A stretch of 64,000 nt of DNA from Ophelia neglecta (lineage: Eukaryota). The stretch is taken from positions 77,500,001-77,564,000 of the forward strand of contig OZ260663.1 of NCBI GenBank assembly GCA_965285935.1, in the 5' to 3' direction. The number at the start of each line of letters is the position of its first letter. Positions within the stretch are counted from its first letter, which is position 1. The translations under genes were made by a program, and so were the position numbers. The notes beneath the pieces were generated by a model. It worked only from the letters and a program-made list of their open reading frames with translations, was not told the origin of the DNA and did no database searches. Below are positions 49,605 through 63,674 of this stretch, in pieces.

Positions 49605-51488
49605 GCATGTCTCACATTATTTTCTAGATTCTAGATTATTCTGTATTTGGGTAAATATACTCTTCAGGCCTACTAACGCGTCCTTTACAAATATAGACGC
49701 TCCGTCATTTTTTGGTAATATGATAAAGGCATGATCATTGGATCAAGCGTTGCTTCAAAAGTATATACAGCACGAGAGTTATAGGCGTCTAGAATATTTG
49801 TGTCAGAAACAAATAATAGGCCCACACATTTTCATAGTTGTATATCATATAAGTACATGTATTATTGTTTGCCTTCTAATTGTGGCAAAGCGCGCCAAAG
49901 CTCGTGCAACGTCACGCAGCAACAATTGCAACGTTTACCTTGTTGTCCTCAGTTAATTCCCATATAATAATAAACTTTATATTCACTATAGTTTACAATA
50001 AATCTACTATAGGTTTACTAATATTTACATAAGGTGGACTATAATATACAAAATTTCACTACAATTATAGGTTTCTATATTTAGTAAAAGGTTACTATAG
50101 TTTCACTATAGTTTACTAAAGTTTACTATACGTCAATATAATTTTACTCCAGGTTACTGTAGGTTATTATAGTTTTCTTAAAGTTTACTAGATATATGTT
50201 TGCTATGGTAAACCATAGTATATTATTATTTCTAAAAATCACTACAGTAAAAATAAAGCGTTCATCCAGAAAATTTTAAACAAATATTGATTTACTATCT
50301 GTTTACCACCGGTTTACTTTAGTGCATTAAACTTGAAAATGAAATATCACTCCAGTAAATGTGTAGTGAGCTTATTTTTTCTATTATAAAAGTGTAGTGC
50401 TTTCTCGACATTTAACCTGTTACTAGAGGTATCCTATAGACTCTATAAAATATTGAATTAAAAATCCCTATTATGCTGTAAAAAATGTGGTCTACTTTGT
50501 TCATGCTATTCAGTAGCACTGTATAAGAATCGTGGTGCTTGCCTACAAAAAATGATAATAGTTTAACTCTGTTATTGCCAACATTAGATTGCATGAAATG
50601 TACACTATGTATGCATTCCTAATAAATGTATGGTTGCTCTAGGAATATTTAGTGTAGATTGATTGATCGGTTATTACAATGACAGGGCTTACCACTGATA
50701 CAATAGCATAAATAACTTAGGTGAACAATGAGGACCCAAGCCCATCCAGGGCTTATTACCCTCTTTAAACGCTAAATATATTCAGAATATGACCTACGCC
50801 TAATGTAAAAAAATCGCATTAAGCATCTATATAAACTATAGTCAATAATAGTTGTATAACTCTATTTTATTCAAATTGTGATAAAAATTGCACCAGGCTG
50901 CCTGCAGGTAACTTATTTTTTTCTTTAAAGGCGATTGAGTTGGTGGTGGGGGTCTTGAGAAGGGGAGCATATTATATAAATAGCAAAGTAATTTAGTTTA
51001 ACTGACAAATGAATGTTGGTTAAATGTCTTGTGTACACTATGTTTCTGTCTTTAAATCATGCAACATTACCATTTTAAAATGTAATACATCATTTTGCTG
51101 ATCTAATCAGGGCCGATCAGCAGGAATTATTGGCATGTTTTGACTGTCCAGATGATTAGCTCGTCATCCTTCCGGAATACAGAAGTACAGAAGATAAGTG
51201 GCCACGCCGACTTGACATCTGTTATATATCAAGTAATATAGTGGCGTTACTAGTTCTATAATGCAGACAACTCCTACATAAGCTTGGTTCAAAACCGAAA
51301 AATGAGTACGTTAAGTTGATGGAAGGTCAATATTACAGAAAATACAGAACATACAGGGTAAAAAAAACCAGAAATCATACCACTTTGATCGACATGTCAT
51401 AATACAGAAAAATACAGAATAATCTAGAATAATCTAGAATCTAGCCAATAATATCATATACTTCATTAGAGCGTATCACGAGACATGC
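49605..51488. mobile_element. About 1.9-kb non-autonomous element bounded by long inverted repeats
   Basis: Left GCATGTCTCACATTATTTTCTAGATTCTAGATTATTCTGTATTT (49605-49648) is the reverse complement of the right end AAATACAGAATAATCTAGAAT..CTAG..AATAAT...GAGACATGC (51410-51488). Extra ATACAGAA subterminal repeats occur on the right. No clear TSD. Confidence 0.6.
49980..50250. repeat. Degenerate about 10-11-bp AT-rich tandem repeat (TTTACTATAG)
   Basis: Recurrent ACTATAGTTT/ACTATAGGTTT units. Confidence 0.75.
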
Positions 51489-53327
51489 TTGATATGTACT
51501 ACGGTCAATGCAAGTAGTTTGGCCGGTTTACTTGCAAACCAATATATACATAAATAAACAATATGCTTCCTTTCGTTTAAACAGAGCATCGGTATGCTCC
51601 AAAAGAGTCTCAGTTGGCAAAGTTGCAAATAATGAACAAATGGCCATCTTTTGGGTATAAGGGAGATAAGGCCCACAGGTTAACACGATTCACCACCAAT
51701 CTACTCGACATAGACTGAAAAAGTGAAGCCATCTCCAGATTATTTTATCCGAGATGATTGCTACTCGTTTTATAGACACCCTGGACGTGTATGGAGTACG
51801 TGTGGTCATTGTCCACCATATAAAAGGATGTTTAATCAGCCGTTCTCAGGTATGGGGAGGCTTTTCCTCATTTATTCATTTGCATTTAAGATTTCTTGAT
51901 TATTGATTTTGCTCTGTCAAGCGGGTATCAATGCCCGTTTTCTACCAATGTTTCGTTTCACATGTCTTTATAAGGTAGATGATATAAGGAGAAATTGATA
52001 CATGTTCATAGGAGAGCAGCCATTTTATGTTATTTCTGCCCCACTGTTATCAACTGTTCATAGTGCTGGCAAGTGAACCGAGGAAATACGAATAACTGCA
52101 ATCTTTTTAGGTGATTCCTAGCTATTGGCGCATGCAGAAGAAGGTTATGGTCACGAGACATTCTCGCACCAACATGCACCGGTGGCGGGTAGGACTAAAT
52201 CCCATTTCATAAACATGCAGTTCCAATATTGAAGCTTTCGAACCAGCTGCAGTTAACATTAAAATCTGTTTTACAAGCATAGAGATTTCTTTTTTACAAG
52301 CATAGAGATTTCTGTCAATTGCCAACCGCTCGGTTATTTGCAGTCAACAAGCGCCAGCCAAACAAGGCGTAGCCTACACATTTGTTATTTAGAATCTGCA
52401 AGTGATGGTGTATTTCCATTCCTTGGATTACTTTCTGTGCTGTTGACTAATCCACAGATTGGCGAGGATAGTGGCTGACTACCCTTGACACGCCGGGTAT
52501 TCAAACAGCGCTCTGCGGGAGAGAGACCCCTCTTGTGAGGTTTTGTAATTCCCTCCGAGGAGGTAAATACAATACAAGTCACACGAAACCATCGGGCCGA
52601 CACGAGAAAGGGCTCGAAAGGCGACACACAATAAGTAAATTGTGCTAACTAGAATTGCATTCATGATATCGATAGAAATGCATTGCTTGCAACCACAGAA
52701 TACTCTAACCTCGTACCTTGATAGATGCTATTGACATAGCCTGAGCTGGAAAAATTACTTCCCCTGGTGCCACCAACTTGAAGATGTAATTGCACTCGTT
52801 GGAAAGATGAAGGTATTTTGTCATATTTTCTGCAAGAATATGCACTGACAAAGAAGACATAGTTCTTGATTGGTGGTAATTCTCGCAGTTTTAGATTGCT
52901 CTAAAATTTCGTTTCTTCTCTCCTGAATAACACACATACAGGGACTTTTTGGTGACACACCCCGACAGGGCGGGCAATAAATTGTGGTCACTTAGTCTAA
53001 GCGTTCCACATTTTTACTGCACATCGAACTATAACAGTACTTATAGTGCTGATTAGGAAGGTATCTACTTATAGTACGACAAATCGCCGTTCGTTCTACA
53101 TTGTGTTGTAAAATTAATGACCAATTGCCTCGATCTGGTTTAGAATGCTACAGATAAGCAGGAACAGTCACCATAACATGCCGATGAGCATGTATTTATA
53201 AACAGGTTATATACGTTACATGTTGAAAGAGTTTCTTAATAAAATATGATCTTAGCTGTAAAATAAAACGAAAAGACGTTAATTGTCCTCTTTTGCATAA
53301 ACAACTAATGAACAACTGCAACGTATA

Positions 53328-53505
53328 CAGTGAAACCTGTGAATATAGAACACCAAAGGGACTTGAAAATACTGGTCTGATTTCAAAGGTGTTCTGTTTA
53401 GACAGGTTATTTAATATTGAAAGTATACATCACAGTCCTAATATTACTGGTGGGAATTGACAGGTGGTCTGATTATAGAGGTGGTCTTTAAGGCAGGTTT
53501 CACTG
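53328..53505. mobile_element. Tc1/mariner(pogo)-type MITE, copy 2
   Basis: Perfect TIRs TA|CAGTGAAACCTG...CAGGTTTCACTG|TA, collinear with copy 1. Confidence 0.9.
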
Positions 53506-54069
53506 TACAAGTATACTGCATAATAGATGGACATATAGGCTATAGATAGGTACCCTACGTAGCAGAGGTTGAAATGCCCTTCTCAAAGCTTCACCGCATT
53601 ACAAGGGGAGGGTGTACTCTGCTGCGAAGGGTAACAGATGGGAAGTCTTAACCACTCTAGTGGCAGCATTAAACTCACAAGAGCGCGTTTTATAACTCAC
53701 TTTCGAAGATGAACGGCATTTCCAAACTATTTTCACAAACCTTATTATTAACAAGGGATTGTGTTCGTTATGTCCTGAATGTAATGGAACCAATCGTAAA
53801 CGTAAATAGATGGTAACCCTTAAGAACACATTCAGGCACATGAAACAATATTAGAACAAAAGAAGAAAAGAACGGTACAGATTACTATAGTAAATTGCCC
53901 TGGTGTTGCCAGTTTGTGATCAATGTTGCGGCATAAATGTCATAAAATACATATTCCAATATCAACTTCTACATTTGTTTCCCAGGACGCAATCGCAATT
54001 AGACATGATTCTGTGGAGATTTTCCCTTGAATAGGATATTAAGTTATCGCGGCACTTGGACCACCACCA

Positions 54070-54210
54070 ATTTCGTAGGCGATGGTAAAGAGAGGTAATT
54101 CGCGGTAGGCGATGGTAAAAAATGGTATGCGGCGCTAGGCGATGGTACAAGATGGCAGGCTTTTGCAGAAATTAGTCAAAAATGGTAGGCAATGGGAGGC
54201 GATGGTGTAA
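54070..54210. repeat. GGTAGGCGATGGTA minisatellite, left block
   Basis: Repeated TAGGCGATGGTAAA units. Confidence 0.8.
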
Positions 54211-54993
54211 AAACGTGTATTGAACAATTTGGCTTTTTACCTCAAAAGTGCAAATGCTATTAAAAAAGAGACATACCGATGTTACCAATCAAGTGCTGCA
54301 GAACGTAACCTTAATATTATGGACACTTTCATTCAGAATTAGCAATGTTTAAGTATTTTGTTTTTTTCAATACTAGATTTATATCTTATGGGAATTATGG
54401 GTTTATCACTTTTTGTTCGTGCATACTGTTGTTGGATGATTATTTAGATGCACATTTCATGCTTTTTTGTTGTGTGTATATTTATGGAGTGTTTGAACGA
54501 TATACATCAATTTAATGTAAGCCTCAATGTATCTATTTATTTGTCGTCTTTAACACCTTAGGCCTTTAAACCTCTTCCTATTCCGCTGTATTAATGTTGT
54601 GTTTTATATTGTTAATATGTGTAACTATAATAAGTTATCAAGTTAAACAAGCTAAACTATGACTCCTCGCACTGCAACATCGAAGACACTTATGGTTTAC
54701 AGAGACTGCTGAATTTGTCATTGCATTATAAGTCGTGTGCCTGACAATCATTCAAGGTTCAAATGAAAGTACTCCTAATTATTTTTTAAGATGTTCCTCA
54801 GGCTACACGGCAAAAGTCAATTATCGTGAATGTAACTTAATACTGCTTGGGCCTTTTATGCATGTCTAACAGAAGGAAGCCTCGGTCTACCTTAATATAG
54901 TGCAAATGTATGTTAAAACTTATATTATTTGGTCCTTACACCTTGTAGAACAGGTTCTGTACTTGATTGTACCGTTAACCCTATAAAAAAAAT

Positions 54994-55050
54994 AATTGTC
55001 ATTGTCATTTTCACTGTCATTGTCATTGTCATTGCCATTGTCATTGTCAC
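54994..55050 (+). repeat. (CATTGT)n microsatellite, probable retroposon 3' tail
   Basis: About 9 units directly after an A-rich ataaaaaaaataa segment. Confidence 0.75.
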
Positions 55051-55069
55051 TGGTAAACATAATACGGTT

Positions 55070-55475
55070 TTGGCCGGTGGTAGACGATTATAATCAATAA
55101 AGGCGGTGGTAGACGATGGTGATCAATGGTACGCGGCGGCCAAAGTGGTAGGCGAAGTAAGGCGATGGTTAAAAATGGTAGGCGGTGGTAAAAAATAGTA
55201 GGCGATGAAAGACGATGGTAAAATATGTTAAGCGGAGGCAGCTACGGTAAAATTGGTAGGCGATGGTAGGCGGTGGTAGACAATGGTTATATTGGCGGCG
55301 GTAGAAAAATGCCAGGCGTGTGTAAACAAAATGAGAGTAGATTTAAGGTGATGGTGAAAAAAGGCAGGCGTTGATAAGAGGCGGCAGATGATGGGAATAA
55401 ATCGGCGGTGGTAGACAATTAAAAGTGGTAGGCGTTAGGTAGTGGTAAAGGTGGGAGGCAGTGGCAGGAGATGGG
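55070..55475. repeat. GGTAGGCGATGGTA minisatellite, right block
   Basis: Same motif and orientation as 54070-54210, many degenerate copies. Confidence 0.8.
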
Positions 55476-58400
55476 GTGATTATGGTTGTGTCAGTTGGCC
55501 TATAAATATAGATATAGTTCCTCCATGGCCACTCGCCCTTGTACGCTCCTTCTTCCAAAAACCCGCGTTGCCTAGTGTGGACTAGGAATTTTCTCCCCAA
55601 GAGGGTTGTTTGATTTCCTATAGCGCCAATCTTCCTTCACTGTGTACACTCTTCACATTTGTAAACACCGGCGGAGTCGTCTACATTTTTAGACACGATT
55701 CTGGCTTGGAATCTCCAAACCAAATATAGGTAAGTTTGCGAATCGGGAATGCGGTTGCACTTTTTGAACTAATAATTTACTTTACGCGGGCAAATGAATG
55801 CAGGAATCAAACAGCCTGGAAAAGATTTTTTAGTGAATCTTCTATTGGTTTGCCAAGTATATGCTGGCGGTACAGGTTATGTCCCTCGCCTAAAGGCTCG
55901 GTCAGAAGTCAGCGGAGCGGATTCTTCTACCAACATGATTTCGGCCATGTTTCAACCTGAGCAACTTTACTTCCCCCCAATTAAACTGTCCTTGCCGGAA
56001 GCATGATCACTGCCTGATACGAAGATTCCTCAGTAGAATTCTACTTGCACAGACGTGCGGATATTATATCAAGCATGGCAACCTACAGCTAAAAACAACA
56101 GGGAGGGTAAGACAAGCGTTCTCGACAGAAAACCAATGTGTGCGTCTGGCAATACGCCAAATTTTTCGCTAAGCCATCCCCTCCCTCTCAGAGCGTTTGT
56201 CTTACCTTCGCTATTATTGGCGCATGAACGCATATGTATTAAAATGGTAACGCACGGCGAAAAATATAATGTACAATATCTATAATGTCATATCAACAGT
56301 TAGAAATGGCAACGCAATGTATCAGGTGTAATGGGTGCTATTTTGCAACTTCTTAAAATCACCAGGCCTATATAAATTCCGCAATGATTAAACAAAGGAT
56401 GATATGATATTGACCAGCTTTTTACATATTCATACATATTATAATATTCATCATAGTGCAATGCAAATTAAGGAAAGACACGACTGTAGTAAATATTAGG
56501 AGTAGAATGGAGTGCACTGAGCACTACATCTCAATAAGTGGCAGGTTATGTGCCCTCCGTGTATGCCGGATTTTTTCCGCGAACCTGGCTCCATGATTAT
56601 TCACAGCTCAATCACGCCAGTTGATCGTCCCCCAGCCCGTCCCGTATTATCTCTACTCACTAAGACAACATGCCACGCGCATCTGCCACTCGCGCATAAA
56701 ACGTGAAAAACGAGCAGAAAAGTCTTGAGCTATATGCTATTGACTTATCTCCCTATCTCCCACATAGGCTATCAACCTGAAACGCTACTAAACAGAGTCG
56801 ATGTCATAAATCAGCTAGGACTGGATCACAGAATGCGTGGATGAATATTCGAGTTAAAAACACAAAGTAAAGGTGATAAATTAAAGTGATACAAACGCAT
56901 CGCATGAAGCCTACACGGAACGCTGCCAGACTGTGCATTTTCTGCATCAGTATCTATCAACTGATATCATATAATATCTGCTGTTCATTTCAATACATTA
57001 TACCTTATACAATATTTATTGAATGCTTTTATAGGGTATTAGCTATCTATAGCCGGCTGAAAGTATCACTTTTACGACAAGACTCTATGTCTACTATTTA
57101 CTCAGTGACATTGAAAATTTATTGGCGCTCCCGCGTTTGGTTTTGGACAGTTCAGCCTTTCCTCCAGGGCATGCTTCTCTTCTATTTGAGTAAGTTTTAA
57201 ATCAGGATCACAATTTACGGCGTTTATATCTGGCCATGGTCGCCTGGCAACCCTTCATGTTGACATTTCACAAGGCCGCAGGGAGGAGGACGAGCGTAGT
57301 GGTGCAATATACACTGTGTCCATGAATCTCAACACTCGTGGCCCATTCTTGATCTCCAAGCAGTTTAGCCTGAAGGCTGAAACCATTGGCCAGCGCGAAA
57401 TATGGGCATTTTGTGCCTTTATGTCGGGTGCTGGTGTTACATTGCATATACAACTCGTGTGTGCATCCCTGTAAGGAACACCTTGCACAGTTTTGTCTAT
57501 GGCTTAACGGAGACAGTCAACACGTCTTCTCCATTAAACGAAGTAATCAGAATTGAACCCCTACCACTTGTAGATACTGCTTGAATCTGTATGAATATCA
57601 CGCGTATGCACGTATAACGAAAGGCAGACAGCGATTTTGCGGCTGGCGGAATTGAAGAGTTATGGGGTAAAAAAACGAATCATTAGCTATCGTTATTTAG
57701 CGAAACGTACAATAATGCTGTACTACATGTAGGCCCATACAACTGGCAAGCGATACACTTCTAATGATTATTCTTTGATAGTTTTTCCAGAAACCGTAGA
57801 CTACAAAATATACCGCGCATTTCTTCAATTACCTTAAATATGTACTAACCTTTTCCTTTCTAAGTAAAGAGCCCAGATCATAAGAATTGATTGAAGGAAA
57901 GAGAAATAATTAAATTTTGAGCTAAAGTCTACATTTTCAACCTTTTGGTTGAAAACAACTTGGAAGCCGAAGGCTGTACAGTTTGGAACGTGTCGTCACT
58001 CCCAACTGCTTTCTGTACAGTTTGTGTGACAAACTGTAGCATTGCGAGGGAGAGGGCTGACAGACATTTTCAATTTTTCACATCATAAGCGAAATAATTC
58101 AAAGGAATAGTCGGGTGATTGGTGAAGACAATAGCTCTAGTCAATTGACAGTTAATGTTTCGCAAATTGGTTCAGAGCTCAAGTGATGTAGGCCTTTTTC
58201 AAAGGAAAATTAGCAGAATTAGTGGAAAACCATTTTCTTCAAGCTGACACGGTTTTCTTTGTGTGTGGACATACCTACTATGGTTACTTAGCTACATAAA
58301 GCAAGTAATGGTTCATATATTGGATAAAATAGAATAGTCTCACATAATTTATAAATTTGTTTGAAAAAAAAATTTATCGTGTTGCTTTGAGTATCAGTCT

Positions 58401-58929
58401 ATCGACGGGTATGCTCACAGATGTTTTTATTAATTTATATAGTCGCGTGTAGGTTAATTTCCCTCTAAGTTTGTTTATCTGGCTCAGTATTTACCATGTG
58501 CTGGGCAATTTTAAAAGTCATTTCAGTCCGCTGAACAGTGATATGATCTCTTTACCGCTCACGCAAATCTCGTTTTGAATTTTAATCTTTACAATAAAGA
58601 GCAATTTCATAATTCGTCGTTGACTCCATAACGCTTGTAATACCAGCCGACTATAGATAGACCTATATACATTGTATAAGCATGATATCAATACGTATAA
58701 ATAGCGTCTTGCTAGTGTGAAATACGACTCACATAAACAGCAGCACCAAACGTTAAGAGTAACCTGGTAATTGTAATGAGACTAATTGAACGTAAGCTCT
58801 TGAATGTGGAAATGTCCACTAAAATTTATGAGGACGAAAACACGAAACATTTACTCGTTCTAAATTCTATTATCTATGGTTTCAACTCAAAAGGCATTCC
58901 ATTTGAATGTACAGCCAAAAAAGGCTATA

Positions 58930-59107
58930 CAGTTAAACCTGTGATTTGAGACCACCCAAAGGACTGTAATATATTGGTATGATTATTAAGGTGGTCTGAT
59001 TAGACAGGTTATTCAATATTAAAAGTGCAAAGTAGTATCTTCATATAAATGGTCTGAATTCACAGGTGGCCTGAATACAGAGGTACTCTATAAGACAGCT
59101 TTCACTT
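58930..59107. mobile_element. Tc1/mariner(pogo)-type MITE, copy 3 (more diverged)
   Basis: TA|CAGTTAAACCTG...CAGCTTTCACTT|TA, same length and internal layout as copies 1 and 2. Confidence 0.75.
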
Positions 59108-62100
59108 TACTTTTAAGTAAAACGTGGTAAAGTGACTATATAGGCATACTTAAAACAGACGTGCCACTAGTTTATGTTTGATATCTGGCCGGCATTTAGA
59201 AGATTATCCCAAAGAATTTGTTTGAGTAAGATCTTTATGGTCAGCCAAGACCACGATCTGGTAAAGTCTATCTATAAACAACCCTAATCAAGTCTGGAAA
59301 CAATTGACCATCTTGTAACATGGACAAGGCATAGCTCTAAGGAATGGGGGGGGGGGGCAATTTGTTTTGCGAGGCCCCAGGCCTACCTTTTTTGGGCAAA
59401 AAATATACAAGTATGCATAAGAGAATGCCTTAACGTAACTTGAGTGGGCAACATACTTTCAATCTCTAAATATAAAAGCTCCAAACATTTTGTTCGATTA
59501 TCTTAAACTACCCCCACCCACGCCCAGTTTGCTAACGCTGCCTTTGTATGTCAACATGCCAATATGTCAATATAAAGATCTCGTTGAAGTCATCTATTTA
59601 GATTTGGTTCATATTCATGTACAGCAAAGTTTATCGTGAAGCGTGATTAATCTTAGACAAAGCCCCACTATAGAAGCTTTACACGTGATTCCTTAATTCG
59701 TTATTTCTTAAATCCTATTGGCTAGGTTTCTTATATATAACAGCAGCGAATATAGAAATAGCTATTTGTCAAATATGAATTTCTCAAGAGATATGGATGA
59801 GAGTATCTACGCATGATATAGTGCCAGACAAACGAGTTGTCGTTTATACTCTGATCGCTGGACAAAGGCCATGAGATTGGTACTAGATTCTAGCTTGTAG
59901 ACAGCACAGTTTATACCCAGGCAAACATGGTGAGATTTCCAAGTTGGCTGTGTTTTGTTTAACTCAAAATACATAAAGTCACCCTTTGTTATCCTATATA
60001 AATCAATGGTGCGAGTTTTCCCCGAAAGGTCATACAAGATGTCGAAGAGTGGAATATCAGTAAGAGATAAATGTACAACCCTCTGTCAGCCAGGCTGCGT
60101 CCTCAATAGTACGCTACAATATATAAATGGACAAACATTTCCGATAGGTGTACGTACTACAAACGGACTATCGCCTTTCGAATCAACAACAATGTCTTTT
60201 TCCTGATCCAATAATCATCAGACCTATACCAAGAACTAACATACCCGGCTCCCTGTATCACAATAATGCTCACATTCGGATATCTCGGTAGCATAAACCT
60301 GGCTACAGCGTCGTGATGACTTCATTCTTTAGCAGGGTCATCCACCCTCAGGGGAGTTTGAACATGGCAAAGGGGGTGATCTACAAAGTAAGGACAACTT
60401 CGCTCTTGCGACCTTGGGTGATTTGAGTCTTAGGCCAAGAGCAAGCAAGCAATCGCCAGCCTCGTCTTATGACCATCAATAAAGGCTATCAAGTCTTACT
60501 TATGCAAGATACAGTGCGGACATTTGTCAGTTCATGGCCAGCGTTCTCTTCTTTATTTCCAAACGTGCATGAGCCACTGTCAATGTGCAGCAGGGTAATG
60601 TAAACTCTCCAGTTGGGGGCCATTTCGAGTGCCATCAATGTAATGACGGGTGGGTGTGACTTGTAATACAACGACTGGCAACATGGGAAAAGCCCAAGTA
60701 GCTACAATTCGATTACCGGCCTTTCATTGACGCAGGCACTAGGATATTGCTGATTGCCACTCTCTACAGAAGAGGTTATTGCAAACTAGCAGAGTTGACT
60801 AAATAAGAGCTAGACAGGTTACCCAATAACTGCATATTTCCAATTAAGAATATCCGACAATATTACCCTGCTCTGTGTTCACTGACGACAGAATACAAAC
60901 ACCGATTGGCAATGAAAGAAAGCTGTAAGGCATAAACAAACCCACGATTATAAAAAAGAGGCCGAATTTGCCTTATGTTAGAATAGAGTTACGTTACCTT
61001 GATGGTGTTGCAGGTTCATCTTGCGTTTTAAGTGTGGAGTCGGTTCTATCCGAGCCTACTTGGCTTTGGGAGGTTGCCATATGCAGGCCAATGATTCACA
61101 GTCTGGCAATGCCACTGATTAAACGCCTTTCCATTATGAAAGATGACCCGATAAACCAGAGCACATCCTAGCGCGATATCGGAGAAACGACACCCACTGC
61201 CTCCCGCAGCCAGCCATGTATGCAACAGGTCCCTAGAGCTCGGTTAGATGGACGGTCTCCGTCGGGGAGACTCGACACGAGAGTCACTTCCGAGGGTGTA
61301 ATTTGTTAGACTGAGAGCAAGCCCATGGGACTTGACCCGCCCATACGTCCCAACGGTACGTTTGGTGGGTTTAGACGGCGATTCCACCTTCGACAGTCTT
61401 CTATGGTAGGAGAAGAAACAGTGAATGAGATCGAGCTCACAGCGGTAAGCTGGGATCCTTAGGCCTCGTGTTGGAGCCGTCTTACTGTTGAATTTGAATC
61501 GTTGACTTTAGGCACTAAAATAAACAAAATCACAGGCTGTGATTTTCACATGCCAATGTCAATACACGTTTAGGATCGACATGACAGAACATGATTAGTG
61601 AACACAGGTAGAGCGGCTAACCCACTCAACGTCCATCGGGCTCTGGGCGATCTCATGTGGTCCATGATTGCTTCACTCAGCAAAAAACAACACAGACATC
61701 TCCCTGGCCTCTGGTCGTCACGTGTGGTGAGCACCGACCCTTGTGTTTATACAACAAAACACCATGGCTGAGGTCAGAATCACAAACTCGACCCAATGCT
61801 TCAGATATTTATGCTTAATTCAGTTGTTCTACAGTGCCACTTCAGATGATTGAGTGTACCTAAAATTTTCCTGTTGATAAATCCGTCGGACGCCAATATC
61901 TCCTTGAAACAAGACTTATGAAAGACACTCAGATTGTCTTCTCGTCGATGTGTGGCGCGTCTACAGCAGTGCTATCCTGCTTACAGATGGTATCGGCTAC
62001 CGGGGAAAGTCGGTGGAGGGGAGAAAGGTGAGGATAGGCAGGGTGACGGTGACGAGGGAGCATGTATGCTCTCCTCTCGGCAATGCATCTGAGAAGCTAG

Positions 62101-63119
62101 ATAGCATATAAAGAGCATAGCAAACTGTAAGCCCTTGATCGGGCATTACTCATACCGGTGCTGTGAACTGATCGTTGAATCAGAGAACTAGGACAGCTAC
62201 AGGTGCACCCGACACTTTATCAGCCCACCTTTTCTAATTGGCTGCGCGATTCTACATATTGTCAGCAAAACCGCAGACCCGCACATATCCGGCATTATTG
62301 TCAACTTATTGGGATTTACAATGATGTAAATGTGTTTTCTGTGATATGTCGAGGCAAAAAACGACACTGGAGAGCCATACACGAACAGTGATATCTTGCT
62401 TTATCAGAAAAGCATTAAGATAAAATTAGTATTTATTGGAGAAACATACGCCTGGGGTCTTGTATATTACAAGTTGCGTATACAAGTAAGCTTACACTAA
62501 GAGGCCCCTAGCGTCTGTTGCAGAAATATACACCAAGAGGCTTGTATATTACAAGTTGCATATATAATCATTTTCGTTTAAGTTTATACGCCGGGGCGTC
62601 TAAGGGTAAGCTTACTGCTTGGTCCACATCGGATCAATAATCACTGGTCCCAGAACGAAAACGCAACGTCCTACATCATTGAGAGAAACCACTCGCTATT
62701 TGGAGCAACTGTTTCGATCACCCCGGCCTTCTTTCCTCCGTATAATCTGGGTTGTTACTTGTGAAACATGATGGTGATCGCATTGTATAATCTTGTTTAA
62801 TCATACATTTCCAGATCATCATGTACATGGATAGGTGACAATTTCTTCCCCTCTGCCTATATTTCCAGGGAGTACCCCTTAGTAGATGGGATGGCAGCGG
62901 TCGCCCATTTCAAAGGGTCATGATTATATACGCCCTTTCTCAGGTGGGGGGGGGGGGGGGGGATATATGCTAGCATTCCATATTTGACCCTAGATATTGT
63001 TAAGAGTCATTTGTATCCAGGTACTGTCTTCAGACAAACGCACTATTCCCAAAATTGTTTCTTAAATACACATGATCAACAAATAGTTCATATTTGTCCA
63101 ATAGAACCCGATACAAATG

Positions 63120-63235
63120 TTTATTACGGAAGTAGGAATGATGGGCTCCTGTGATTGGTCTTCCCCGCTCACGTGTCAAAGTAGTAAACCCCGATATTGC
63201 CTTACTTATACTCCTTCGGTAATATTACACTTTTT
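63120..63235 (-). repeat. Dispersed repeat, copy B
   Basis: Reverse-complement homolog of 42970-43080. Confidence 0.75.
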
Positions 63236-63674
63236 TTCAGAAGTATGGCGAGAATTTCCATTTTTCTTTCTAGCTGAAGGTCAGGCACACATTCTTATTG
63301 ATAAGAATTAATACTATATCCGATCATCATCCTTATCATTCATTAACATAAAACGCTCACAGGACCTGAAGTATCCCCTTACTTTAAAATACTTGCATTT
63401 CAAGTCATGCTGCTGAACATATATTACGGTTTAATACAACTGACCTCATACGGCAGTTAGATGTAATCAAGAATTAATATAAAGAAATGTCCATTTATTT
63501 AGTCCGGACTCAGGAACCAACAGCTACTGGCCCGCATACATCAATATATATATATATATATGTACATATGTATGTATGGGCCTATATCAATCATCACATT
63601 ATAGCATTACAAGGGTAATAGTAAATTAACAGAATGCTTGACATTTGGCTCTGTGACCAGATTGCCATTGTAAT

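Noticed and set aside
59955-60050. CR1 fragment (FVILYKSMVR)
   Set aside because: Too short to distinguish from chance without a search.
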